Part shown: positions 39,286 to 48,297 of the stretch, piece by piece | How positions within the stretch are numbered: position 1 is the stretch's first letter | Layout: each line of letters opens with the position of its first letter | IMG/VR virus record: IMGVR_UViG_3300035670_000155 | From: an uncultured virus (IMG/VR IMGVR_UViG_3300035670_000155) | Taxonomy: Duplodnaviria; Heunggongvirae; Uroviricota; Caudoviricetes | Direction: 5' to 3' (one strand) | Length of the DNA stretch: 64,000 nt | Position numbers and translations under genes: made by a program | The notes under the pieces: generated by a model | What the model was told of the DNA's origin: nothing | The model's database searches: none | The model's input: the letters and a program-made list of their open reading frames with translations, nothing else

Positions 39286-39620
39286 TCGGGCAGCGCCTCC
39301 AGTGCGCGGCGGATGGTGTCGGTGATCTCGGGTAAGTAGTGCGCGTCGCGCTCAATGGTGCCCAGCATTTGCAAGGCAATACTGTTCAACGTTTGAGGCT
39401 TGGGGCGGCGAGCGGCGCGGAGAGCTGGCACTGCCTCGTGGACCACCCCGACGGGATCGGCCATAAGCCACTCACAGCACTTCTCCAGCTCAGTGTCGGC
39501 GCCCCATTGGGCACCAGCTTGGTAGGCGAGGTGAAGTCGCTCCAACCAGGTGAGCTTTGGCTCATCGCAAAGTTCCTGCACTAGCTCTGGCGGTGGGGTG
39601 ATGTTGTTGCTGTCAGTCAT
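39282..39620 (-). CDS. mosaic small protein, TPPPEL/RRPKP family
   Basis: ITPPPEL...QWGADTELEKCC...LRAARRPKP...IRRALE. Confidence 0.7.
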   Translation of the reverse strand: MTDSNNITPPPELVQELCDEPKLTWLERLHLAYQAGAQWGADTELEKCCEWLMADPVGVVHEAVPALRAARRPKPQTLNSIALQMLGTIERDAHYLPEITDTIRRALEALPE

Positions 39621-39954
39621 CGATTTGCTCCAAGGCGCGGCGGACAACGTTGGCAACATCTGCCGACAGGCGATCATCAGCAACAGCAGTGTCGATGGCC
39701 AGCAGCGCCTGCTCCTTCAAGGACGGCGGCTTGGGGCGTCTGGCAGCGCGGAGGTCGGAGGGACCAGCCATGAAATCGCGGTCCATCAGCTCACAGCACG
39801 CCTCCAGCTCCTGGTCGGCGCCCCATTGGGCGGCCTTTTCTGAAACGTATTGCATCCACGCCACAGGATCATGAAGGTCAATTCGCTGCGCTTGCTGAGC
39901 CCATAACCGACGCAACTCAGGCGGTGGGGTGACGGGGCTTTGATGGTTGGTCAT
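39613..39954 (-). CDS. mosaic small protein, TPPPEL/RRPKPP family
   Basis: VTPPPEL...QWGADQELEACC...LRAARRPKPPSLKEQAL...VRRALE. Confidence 0.7.
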   Translation of the reverse strand: MTNHQSPVTPPPELRRLWAQQAQRIDLHDPVAWMQYVSEKAAQWGADQELEACCELMDRDFMAGPSDLRAARRPKPPSLKEQALLAIDTAVADDRLSADVANVVRRALEQIDD

Positions 39955-40098
39955 GGAAGAATCCTGCTGGCAACAAAAATCAACAAAGCGCAGACGCTCC
40001 AATAGAGCGCTGCAATAAACCAAATGTCATGAGGCATGGGCATGGCATGGCCGAGGACTTCGTCATGGTACACCAGCGTCAACCATGCTCTTTCCCAT

Positions 40099-40390
40099 TG
40101 TGCCATTTTTTAACTGGCACACTGCCCTATTGACTTTTCAATTTATCCCTTTACCCTCGTCCGTAAGGGCGTTCCTTCGCGCATCTACGCGCCTAGGGAC
40201 GCCCGCTCGACGACGCGCAGAGCTAGACCACTGGCCCTGCGGCGCTTCTTCTGGAAAGGGACGATGGAAGGGAATAGTTGGATTCTCGATAAGCGTCGTT
40301 TATTGAGAATTCTGATAAGCTCCCTTCGTTAGAGCGCGTACGAGCAGGCGAGCCCCCAGGCGAGCTTATTCATAGCGCTCTTCTCAACAA
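40099..40390 (-). repeat. left arm of inverted non-coding homology (structured element copy A)
   Basis: Three blocks shared in the same order with 50370-50690 on the opposite strand. Confidence 0.75.
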
Positions 40391-40427
40391 TCTTCTCTTA
40401 AACTACAAAGGCTTTTTTACTGGCACA

Positions 40428-40664
40428 ATGCCTAAGCCTCCTCTCGCTCCTGACAAGCTTCCCACGCTCGATCACCAAGGCATCACAATTGAAGCCATTC
40501 ATCACCACGGCTTCTCCATGCCTGACAGGGGGCCTGCACCACGATCGCGCATGCTTTACGGGGCCCGCAACCCTGAAGATGGTGAGCGCCATTGGCGCAG
40601 CAGTTATGACGAAATTGTCTCTCTCATCAATCGCAACTTTGTCGCAAGCGGAGAGGCCTTATGA
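40428..40664 (+). CDS. hypothetical protein
   Basis: ORF. Confidence 0.55.
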   Translation: MPKPPLAPDKLPTLDHQGITIEAIHHHGFSMPDRGPAPRSRMLYGARNPEDGERHWRSSYDEIVSLINRNFVASGEAL

Positions 40665-40669
40665 CAGTA

Positions 40670-40698
40670 TTGACACTAGCTTTCTTGGCTGTCATAAT
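40670..40698 (+). promoter_or_regulatory. sigma70-like promoter
   Basis: TTGACA-N17-CATAAT. Confidence 0.7.
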
Positions 40699-40734
40699 TT
40701 GCTCGATCATCATCTTGCTTAACGAGACAGGCTT

Positions 40735-41052
40735 ATGATTTCGCAAGAAATGCTCGATCTTTTGAAAGAGCTAGAAACAATTAAAACCAATCAAAAAGCT
40801 CTTTCAGCTCGTGAAGAACAATGTAAGGCAGACATCTTCGAGCTAATGCGCGAGGAAGGTTCTGAAAGCTGCGACAGCCCTTATGGCACCATTCGCATTC
40901 AACGACGTTCCGAGAAGGACTATGGGAATGAAATAAGGAACATGGAAATTGCCCTTAAAGAAGCCCAAAAGCTGGCTGATGACATGGGAGATTTTTCCAT
41001 CCTGTCAGTTAAAGAGAGCCTTGTCTTCACCCTTCCGAAAGAAGTGTTTTGA
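40735..41052 (+). CDS. hypothetical coiled-coil protein (Gp157/Gam-like architecture)
   Basis: Helical N-terminus then YGTIRI; downstream of a promoter. Confidence 0.55.
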   Translation: MISQEMLDLLKELETIKTNQKALSAREEQCKADIFELMREEGSESCDSPYGTIRIQRRSEKDYGNEIRNMEIALKEAQKLADDMGDFSILSVKESLVFTLPKEVF

Positions 41053-41054
41053 CA

Positions 41055-41204
41055 ATGAACAAAGAAGAAGTGGCTGCAATGATTGATGCTAAAATCAAAA
41101 GCCATGAAATTAGGATTGGTTTAATTAGTGGCATTATTGGCTTGCTTTGCTTTGGAAGCATTGTTGCAGCCCTTCTTTTTCTTTACTATTTAGTTGCACA
41201 ATGA
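41055..41204 (+). CDS. small membrane protein (not in ORF track)
   Basis: MNKEEVAAMIDAKIKSHE plus TM helix, 49 aa. Confidence 0.6.
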   Translation: MNKEEVAAMIDAKIKSHEIRIGLISGIIGLLCFGSIVAALLFLYYLVAQ

Positions 41205-41377
41205 GCGCCCCCTTTGATCCTTCCCCATCGCTTTCTAAAGAAGAATGGAAAGAAATGAAAAGTTTGCTTCATGCCATCACTTTCTCTCCATCGTCCGTGG
41301 TGCCGCAAAAGCTTGAACGCTTTTCAGCTTTGTTCGCTAGAAGCCTAATAGGCAAAGGAAATGCGCCTTTAGAATAG
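41201..41377 (+). CDS. hypothetical protein
   Basis: LSKEEWKEM...P.SV.P.KLERF; ATGA coupling. Confidence 0.6.
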   Translation: MSAPFDPSPSLSKEEWKEMKSLLHAITFSPSSVVPQKLERFSALFARSLIGKGNAPLE

Positions 41378-41396
41378 AGGCCAATAAAGAACGACC

Positions 41397-42140
41397 ATGC
41401 CTCTTCCCGAGATTTCTTTTGCTTCCAAAGAAGAGCAGTTGCAATATGCAACGAAGGTGCTCGTTGAAGCAGGATTCACGCCAGAGCAAATCGACCGCAT
41501 TCGCAATAAAGTGGGACTAGGGCCTGGCAAAATCCCCTACGACAAAGATCTCACGGGACAGAGGCGCTACATGGTGCAGGAGCTGCTTGCGGCTCGCATG
41601 AGCAATAAGCAAATTGCCGAGGCCTTGCTCTTATCAAAAGAAACCGTAAGTTCCGACCGCATTCATAACCGTCAAATCTGGACTCATGAAATCTTGAAGA
41701 GCCAGGATACTTGGCGGGCACGGCTAGTCCAAGAACAAGACGAACTAAAGAACAAGGCTCTGGAATCGTTCGAGCAAAGCAAGCGCAAGAAAGTCACCAC
41801 TTACAACGAAGCCAAAGACGAAACCATTGTGCGCATTGAAGAAACTGCTGGAGAGAGTGGTTTCCTGGGCGTTGCACGCAGTTGCCTGGAGCAGCAAGCC
41901 AAGCTCATCGGCCTGTTCGACATCAAGCCTCAAACGGCAGAGAAGAGCGGCTACAAGAACTTCCTTGATACGCTCACCAAGGAAGTTAAAAAGATTCGCG
42001 AAGCCGAAAACAATTCGCAAGTGAGGGCGTCTGCCATTGATGCAGAGGCTGTAGAAGCTGAGCCTGAGTTTGATGACGATGGAGAGCCAACGGGCACCAG
42101 TAGGCCGCTCTTGGCCGCGCCAGAAGACGATGAGCCCTAA
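41397..42140 (+). CDS. HTH protein, possible terminase small subunit
   Basis: MSNKQIAEALLLSKETVSSD HTH, then helices with QAKLIGL. Confidence 0.5.
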   Translation: MPLPEISFASKEEQLQYATKVLVEAGFTPEQIDRIRNKVGLGPGKIPYDKDLTGQRRYMVQELLAARMSNKQIAEALLLSKETVSSDRIHNRQIWTHEILKSQDTWRARLVQEQDELKNKALESFEQSKRKKVTTYNEAKDETIVRIEETAGESGFLGVARSCLEQQAKLIGLFDIKPQTAEKSGYKNFLDTLTKEVKKIREAENNSQVRASAIDAEAVEAEPEFDDDGEPTGTSRPLLAAPEDDEP

Positions 42141-42225
42141 CATTCCCTTCCCATTGTTTCTTAAGCTTCATAGGGCTTGACAATGGCTTCGCTTGTCGTC
42201 AGGCTAGTGTTGTTGCTTTTCTTCC

Positions 42226-42690
42226 ATGGATTTTTCGCTTGGTTCTGTTGGCGATTTCTTGCGCAAAGCGCAGGGCGCAAAGGCTAAGCAGCGGGAAGCC
42301 ATCAACGAACACCTCGAGCCTTTCCTGGACGATCCCTCCACTTATGCCATGCCCCCCGCCATGGCAGCAGCCTTGGAAGATTTGTATGAGCAGTTTGGTG
42401 ATGAAGCCTTGAAACAAGTGGGCATGGTGGCCATTGGTAAATGGGCCTCCACTCATCAAGAAATGCTTGAAGAGCATTTGGCTAACGATGGCTATGCAGA
42501 AGCCATGCTTACCATGAACGACTTATCAAAAATCACCACTGCCCTTCGCATTCTTGCGGACATTGGCTCGTTTGGTGGAGACGAAGACTATCGAAACGCG
42601 CTGAAGAAGCAAATCAATCAGGCAGTGCTTGAACAAATTGAAGAGAGCGGCCGTAGCGTAGAAGACATTTTCAACGGAGGGGAATCATGA
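42226..42690 (+). CDS. hypothetical protein
   Basis: ORF. Confidence 0.6.
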   Translation: MDFSLGSVGDFLRKAQGAKAKQREAINEHLEPFLDDPSTYAMPPAMAAALEDLYEQFGDEALKQVGMVAIGKWASTHQEMLEEHLANDGYAEAMLTMNDLSKITTALRILADIGSFGGDEDYRNALKKQINQAVLEQIEESGRSVEDIFNGGES

Positions 42691-42823
42691 GCTGGCTAGG
42701 CCCTTATAAGATTATTTTTGAGAACGGTTTGCAATTGTGCCTCTTGGCCTATAACGAAAATCAGGCTCGGCTGCTTGCTTATGAGACAGTTCCCCTTCCC
42801 ATTGCTTTTGTTGTTGCTTTGCT

Positions 42824-43183
42824 TTGACGATGACCTCCTCAGCCCCTGCGCTAATCATGCCTCCCATGGTCACCATTTGCATTCCGCCCATCTTGAAGCA
42901 AGAAGCTGAGTATGTGGCAGCAGAAGAACCGTTGGTGCATCCCGCGTGGAAGAAGATGGCCCAGCAAGGGCGCCATTTCGTTCTGCGCACGTCTGAACTA
43001 AGCGACGTGGAGGAACTGGCCGATTGGGCATCGAGCTGGCTGGAAGAGCCTCTTGAACCATTGAACAAAGCTAAGCGGCAGGCTTTCCAAAATGTGATCG
43101 TCAGGGCAGGGAGACATGTGGTGTTGAGGCCGGTAGGCAAGGGAAGAATGCTGGCGATGGCATGGAAAACCAACGATAAGTAG
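42824..43183 (+). CDS. hypothetical protein
   Basis: ORF; start uncertain. Confidence 0.55.
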   Translation: MTMTSSAPALIMPPMVTICIPPILKQEAEYVAAEEPLVHPAWKKMAQQGRHFVLRTSELSDVEELADWASSWLEEPLEPLNKAKRQAFQNVIVRAGRHVVLRPVGKGRMLAMAWKTNDK

Positions 43184-43260
43184 CGCTAATCGCCAGAAGG
43201 CTTGACGAAGGCTCGAGAGCAGCGGCACACTAAGCAGGCGATCAATCCACTTTCCTTCCC

Positions 43261-43593
43261 ATGGCAACCATCTACCGCGACTCGCTTGGCACTTCTGCTT
43301 TCACCAAGAGCAATGCTCTGGTGATGAACGGCAATCACCCTGTCGTTGCATGGAGCTTTCGCATTAAAGACCTTGAAGAATGGCTCATTACATTAGAAGA
43401 GACCATGCTTCACGAGGAAAATATGGCCAACCGTCTTGTGATGGAAAGGCTCTTTTTCAGCCTCAAAGGAGCCCATTCCAAGCACAAGCAACAGCACGAT
43501 GAAATTCAAACTGAAGCTCCGTCCGAAGATGATCTTATGGCTTACCTTGAAGCTTATGCAGTGGCAATCAGCAGCGAACCCTACCAATACTGA
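43261..43593 (+). CDS. hypothetical protein
   Basis: ORF preceded by TTGACG-N18-CACACT and a pyrimidine leader. Confidence 0.6.
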   Translation: MATIYRDSLGTSAFTKSNALVMNGNHPVVAWSFRIKDLEEWLITLEETMLHEENMANRLVMERLFFSLKGAHSKHKQQHDEIQTEAPSEDDLMAYLEAYAVAISSEPYQY

Positions 43594-43694
43594 CAAACAG
43601 GGAGCGGCCCTGCGCAATGATGATGACTATGATGACTGGGAAGTAGGCATGGAGCCCATACCAGGAGACACTTCTTGGATCAGCGTCAATCACT

Positions 43695-43718
43695 AGCGCC
43701 CTTAAGGGGCGCTTTTTA
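43695..43718 (+). terminator. rho-independent terminator
   Basis: AGCGCCC-TTAAG-GGGCGCT-TTTTT. Confidence 0.7.
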
Positions 43719-43751
43719 ATGCAAGGAGCTAAGCCTCCCACAAAGCAATAG

Positions 43752-43941
43752 AAAAGGGGAGCTTTCGCTCCCCCTTCCCGCTGCTTAAGCTTCCGATGCT
43801 CCATTGTCCCTCAACAAAGGGGAACAGTGCCCTACAGGCCCATGCATTGCCTTGGTGGTTCTCGCGAAGTCACCCACTGTTCTGAAGCGTCCACCCTTAC
43901 GGCGTCAACGACGGAGCTTTCGCTCAGGACCAACTCAAGCT
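43752..43941 (-). ncRNA. candidate structured ncRNA (~190 nt)
   Basis: Own extended -10 (TGcTATGCT), nested stems, GNRA loops, terminator. Confidence 0.55.
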
Positions 43942-44053
43942 TGCAAAGCATAGCACCTTGACTGGGCCCCGGCACAAGGTCTTGACGACTTTGGTACAGT
44001 AAGGGCTGCCAGGAGGCGACTCCCTGGTCCCTGCTACTTACTTTCTTTTCCTG

Positions 44054-44416
44054 ATGCTTTTTCGTTTTCTCTCTGCTGCTTCCGTTGCCCTTGGTGCTTT
44101 GGTACCATTTGCTGCGGAGGCTGGATCGTCGTGCGGCTCGGTTTCGCACTATGGCATTGGTGATGGCTATCACGGCCAAAGAGCCGCTGATGGCAGTCGC
44201 TTTGATGCCTACGGCCTCACAGTTGCCTCTCCATCGCTTCCTCTCGGCACCCGCTTGCGCGTGGTGAATCCAGCCAATGGGAAGTCAGTGATGGTGAGGG
44301 TGACCGACCGAGGTCCTTGGTATGGCGATCGCATTCTTGACCTTTCTTACGGTGCTTTTGCTCGCGTGGCCAATCCCTCACAAGGAGTTGCACGACTCTG
44401 CTACGCCAGGGCATGA
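44054..44416 (+). CDS. rlpA: RlpA-like (DPBB) lytic transglycosylase with signal peptide
   Basis: YHGQRAADGSRFD...LPLGTRLRVVN...VRVTDRGP...RILDLS. Confidence 0.85.
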   Translation: MLFRFLSAASVALGALVPFAAEAGSSCGSVSHYGIGDGYHGQRAADGSRFDAYGLTVASPSLPLGTRLRVVNPANGKSVMVRVTDRGPWYGDRILDLSYGAFARVANPSQGVARLCYARA

Positions 44417-44438
44417 TGCCGAAGAACGAGAATCCACG

Positions 44439-44466
44439 AGCGCCCCGCAAGGGGCGCTTTTCTTTT
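44439..44466 (+). terminator. rho-independent terminator
   Basis: AGCGCCCC-GCAA-GGGGCGCT-TTTCTTTT. Confidence 0.8.
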
Positions 44467-44552
44467 GCCGGCTGGCCTTGTATTGCAAAAAGCAACAAAG
44501 GCTCAATGGGGGCGGGCTGGCTCGGTATTGTGAGCTGGTTCGCCTCTTTTCC

Positions 44553-44735
44553 ATGCAGTCCTTCTTTGCTTTTGCTGCGCTTTCTGGCATGCTCACTGTT
44601 CTGGCCTGGTCCTATGTGACCCATCCCCAGCAGCCAGACAATCAGCAAGCCTACTCCAAATGCATAGAGCACCATCCTCAACAGTACTGTCGCTTTGAGC
44701 ACTTGCCCAGCACTATTACCCATAAGCAGCGCTAA
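44553..44735 (+). CDS. small membrane protein
   Basis: N-terminal TM segment, own promoter. Confidence 0.55.
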   Translation: MQSFFAFAALSGMLTVLAWSYVTHPQQPDNQQAYSKCIEHHPQQYCRFEHLPSTITHKQR

Positions 44736-44815
44736 TGGCCCAGGGGCTTCACAAAAGGCCTCGGACCAGCGATCATGGTCACCAAGGGCGCGAGCCCACC
44801 TTTCCCTTCCCTCCA

Positions 44816-45094
44816 ATGGACAAAACCAGCATCATTAAGCAGTTCGTTTTCGAGGCTGGCAGCAGCATCATCAGCGTGCAGTTTGTCAAGGCTGATGGCG
44901 CCGTGCGCAAGCTTCAGTTCAACCCTCGCGACTCGCAAGAAATCAAGGGCACGGGCCATGCTCTCAAGAAGCCCTCGATCATCCGCTGCCGCGATTTCGC
45001 CATCGCCCGCAAGGAAGGGCAAGGAGCCTGGCGTTCGTTTGATTGCGAGCGCGTGACCAGCATCAAGGCCAATGGTAAGGAGCTGGTGTTCTAA
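44816..45094 (+). CDS. SH3/WYL-like beta-barrel protein
   Basis: SVQFVKADGAVR...AWRSF...VTSIKANG. Confidence 0.65.
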   Translation: MDKTSIIKQFVFEAGSSIISVQFVKADGAVRKLQFNPRDSQEIKGTGHALKKPSIIRCRDFAIARKEGQGAWRSFDCERVTSIKANGKELVF

Positions 45095-45096
45095 TC

Positions 45097-45279
45097 ATGG
45101 CAGTTCTTGATCGCGACAACTTCTGGAGCCTATGGGCACTGTCGGACATGGCATGGACCATGCTCGACTCCAGCCCTGACAGGCAAGCCCTAGAACGACA
45201 AGCCAGAAGCCTCAAGGCCGTGTTCATCACCAAAACGTTCATGGTGGTACAGGGCACGCAGAGCCCAGGCCGTTTGTAA
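45097..45279 (+). CDS. hypothetical protein
   Basis: ORF. Confidence 0.5.
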   Translation: MAVLDRDNFWSLWALSDMAWTMLDSSPDRQALERQARSLKAVFITKTFMVVQGTQSPGRL

Positions 45280-45364
45280 ACAATTGTTGCGGAGGGACTG
45301 GCCAGGCCCCTCCTGCCTGTACATTACTGTCACAGGGCCGCGAGGTCCACCTTCCTTTCCTCCC

Positions 45365-45616
45365 ATGGTCAACTACTCCCAACACAGCGGTCCCATCCGC
45401 CGCTACCTCCGCAAAGAACTGCTCCACTTCACTGATGGCACCATTGCCGAACACACCAGCAAGGAAGTAGAGCGTCTTGCCTTCCCCGAGCACGAGCCCC
45501 CCATTGTTTCAAACCTTGGCTTGTGGGTGGTGCCAGCTTCCGCTTACTACCTGCAATCCTGGAAGGACATCAACCCTGCCATTAGCAACGTCACTTTCTC
45601 CTACAAGAGCCTCTGA
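45365..45616 (+). CDS. hypothetical protein
   Basis: ORF with early-type leader. Confidence 0.55.
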   Translation: MVNYSQHSGPIRRYLRKELLHFTDGTIAEHTSKEVERLAFPEHEPPIVSNLGLWVVPASAYYLQSWKDINPAISNVTFSYKSL

Positions 45617-45618
45617 TC

Positions 45619-45879
45619 ATGGCAACCGTTCCTACCGTCCATCTCAACGGCACCGGCTTTACCACGCTGCGCGATGGTTACGCTGCTGCGTACGATGCCA
45701 TTGACAAGGCCATTGATGCCCTGGCAAAAGCCGAGTTGAATGGTCGGGATTTCTATCCGCAAGCGCCTGGCGCCTACTACCAGGCTCGTGCTGAGCGTGA
45801 CGATGCTTTTGATCAGCTTCGTGCTGTTCAGGCTTATGTGGGCGAGATGCTCGCTGGCATTTGCGACCAACGTCGTTGA
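45619..45879 (+). CDS. hypothetical protein
   Basis: PTVHLNGT...NGRDFYPQ conserved-looking motif. Confidence 0.65.
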   Translation: MATVPTVHLNGTGFTTLRDGYAAAYDAIDKAIDALAKAELNGRDFYPQAPGAYYQARAERDDAFDQLRAVQAYVGEMLAGICDQRR

Positions 45880-45983
45880 TTGTGACGATTTGTTAACTGG
45901 CCCTTGCTCCATTTGACTTTTGTCGGAACAAGGGCTAACTTTTGGATCAAGCGGCTCGACCCCGCTCCCTTCTCTCCAAACCC

Positions 45984-46994
45984 ATGGCTCATCAATTTTC
46001 TTCCGGCGCTTTCTTCCACGGCCAAGCCGCTTGGCACAAGCTTGGTCACGTGGTGGATGGCACCCTCCCTGCTCGCGAAGCTTTTGCCCTTGGCGAAGCC
46101 GACTGGGAAGTCATCAGCACTCCCATCTTTGATCCCGCTGGCCAGCCCATTGAAGGCTTCCAGGCCATCACTCGTGGTGACAATGGGAAAGTGCTTTCCG
46201 TTCAGAAAGAAAGCTACACGCTCGTGCAGAACGAACAGCTCATTCGTCTGGCCGAGGCCCTGCACGAAGATGCAGAAATGAGCGCAGTGTGCGTGCTCGA
46301 CGAGGGCCGTAAAGTCACCTTCACTGCCAAAATCAATGGCGCAGAAGGCGAAGTGCTCAAGGGTGATGAAATCTGTCAGTACATTGTTGGCGCCACTAGC
46401 CACGATGGTTCCATCGCCTTCCAAACCCTCTTCACTCCCGTGAGAGTGGTTTGTGCCAACACGCTCAGCGCTGCTCTTGGCCATGCCGAACACACTGGTG
46501 CCACCGGCAAAGGCAAGCGTATCAGCATTCGCCACACGATGAACGCCAATGCAATGATCGAGAGGCTTCCCGAAATCATTGACATCAAGCGCCAGCAATT
46601 TACTGCCGGGCTTGAGGAGCTGGAAGCAATGGCGGCAAAGCCCTGCACCAGTGCTCAGTTCAAGGCCTATTGCGAAGCCGTGTTTGCTGACCAACTGGCT
46701 GGCACTGTCAACGCTAAGCGCGGCGATAAGACCACTGCTCGTCCCAAGACACTGGCTGACCTGCCTCAGTAGGACAGCGTGGCCAACAAGTTTGCTGGTG
46801 ACGGCATTGGCTTCGACATCAAAGGCGTGCAAGGCACCTACTGGGGCGCCTACAACGCCATCACCGAGTGGGTGACGCACGAGGCTGGTCGTGGTGATGA
46901 CATCGAGGCTGCTCGCAGGCGCCTGGAAAGCCAATGGTGGGGCACTGGTGCTGCCACCATCACCAAAGCCCATGCCCTGGCTCTGGCGGCCTGA
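45984..46994 (+). pseudogene. DUF932-family protein interrupted by an in-frame TAG at 46770-46772
   Basis: AWHKLG...VQNE...SHDGS...TPVRVVCANTL, continuing in frame to GTYWGAYNAITEW. Confidence 0.75.
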
Positions 46995-47375
46995 TTGTAA
47001 AGATAAGCAACAGTGATCGTTTAAGGGGCTGGAAACGGCCCCTTTTTGTTTTATTGTTGTTTCAACGAGCCGAGGGGCTCTCCACCGATTTCCAGCCATG
47101 CAAACCATCGTTCTCTTCCGCCTTTTCGAGCAAACCCCTGATGGAGCCATTCGCCAGTGCGGCTTCACCGGCCCCGATCGTGAAGAAGCCCTGCTCTGGC
47201 AGCAAGAAATGCAACAGTGCTTCCCCGCCAATCGCCACTGGATACGACCGGTGTTCAACCATGCAAGTGCCTAACCACCAGCACAACAGCGGCAAGCCTC
47301 CCAAGCGGAGGCTCAAGCCACAAGCCCTAAGGGCCGCCAGAGCCCGCAGACAAGCCCTTCTCAACCAGCTCCATC

Positions 47376-47561
47376 ATGCAAGACGCAATCAACATCCTGG
47401 CCATCAGCAACAAAGGCCGTAGCCGCATTGGCACCACTATCACTACTGCCATTGTTGAGCAAGATCACCACGACAAGCTTTTCATTGTGCTGCCGCAGCA
47501 TAATCAATGTCGATGGATAAAGAAAACAAACGATCCTGATTTTCGCATTATTGAGGACTGA
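47376..47561 (+). CDS. hypothetical protein
   Basis: ORF. Confidence 0.55.
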   Translation: MQDAINILAISNKGRSRIGTTITTAIVEQDHHDKLFIVLPQHNQCRWIKKTNDPDFRIIED

Positions 47562-47715
47562 TCATGACCGCCCTTTCCATTGTTTGGCTGTTCAAAGACG
47601 ATCAAGGTTATGAAGACTATGCTCAGTCTGAAGAAGAGCGTGATCAGCTCCATTTGATTTACAAAGAAGCTGGCACCAATTATTCCGTCACTGAACTCAT
47701 CAGAGGAGAAGATCA

Positions 47716-48021
47716 ATGATCACCATTCGCAACTATTCTGACAACGGCCCTTATTTTCCTCCCACGCAAGGCATCTATCAGGCCAGCTCTCTCAAAGAAC
47801 TCCTTTTCCATGTGAGACTGTGCATAGAAGACGGAGACTATCAAATAGGAGTGTTTGATGACAATGGAGAATGTAAAGGCTTCTGGGTGGATGAAGCAGA
47901 GCCTATTGATGATGGAGAGGGCTGTATGGTGCTTGGTCCTAAGTGCTACGTGCTCTACAGGCCTGGCAGCATCGGCAAAGGATTGTGGAACCTTCACCTC
48001 GCCAAATTCAAGAGGGCTTGA
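47716..48021 (+). CDS. hypothetical protein
   Basis: ORF. Confidence 0.55.
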   Translation: MITIRNYSDNGPYFPPTQGIYQASSLKELLFHVRLCIEDGDYQIGVFDDNGECKGFWVDEAEPIDDGEGCMVLGPKCYVLYRPGSIGKGLWNLHLAKFKRA

Positions 48022-48023
48022 TC

Positions 48024-48179
48024 GTGATTCTCATTGATTATTTTTCTGAGGCCTGCTGCAAGGGCACAGAACTCGTTGAAGGCTGGTATTGGTATGAAGA
48101 CGATGGGGATGAAGTGGGAGGGCCGTATGACAACGAAGAAGCCGCTATTGAAGCGGCTCAGAAGCAGGAAGACTGGTGA
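48024..48179 (+). CDS. small acidic protein
   Basis: GTG start; EGWYWY...GPYDNEEAAI. Confidence 0.5.
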   Translation: MILIDYFSEACCKGTELVEGWYWYEDDGDEVGGPYDNEEAAIEAAQKQEDW

Positions 48180-48188
48180 GGCTGGTGA

Positions 48189-48297
48189 GGTCCGGCTATG
48201 GTTTTAAAAGATCCGGCTGCGAGCCTAAAAGACCCGGCTCGCAGTCTAAAAGGGTCCGGCTCGCTCGGTATCTAGGGTCCGGCTCGCTTGGTATCTA
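48189..48297. repeat. five imperfect tandem repeats, CCGGCT core, period 21-23 bp
   Basis: Cores at 48192, 48213, 48234, 48256, 48279. Confidence 0.85.

Noticed and set aside
3862..44000. Short-spacer promoter class TTGAC-N6..9-TAnnnT (3862, 22990, 40082 minus, 43982)
   Set aside because: Spacing is inconsistent and one TTGAC overlaps a stop codon; may be chance
45984..46994. Genome-wide amber reassignment
   Set aside because: TAG is used as a normal stop in many genes (e.g. 3440, 15818, 20626, 54962, 55721), only one internal TAG was seen, and no suppressor tRNA was found
33806..47258. Long antisense ORFs (e.g. 33806-35071 +, 45834-47258 -)
   Set aside because: Shadows of codon-biased genes on the other strand, with no recognisable motifs
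48189..48297. Mini-CRISPR array
   Set aside because: Period is only 21-23 bp with no distinct unique spacers; the 32686-33450 nuclease is a typical phage exonuclease, not part of a cas operon
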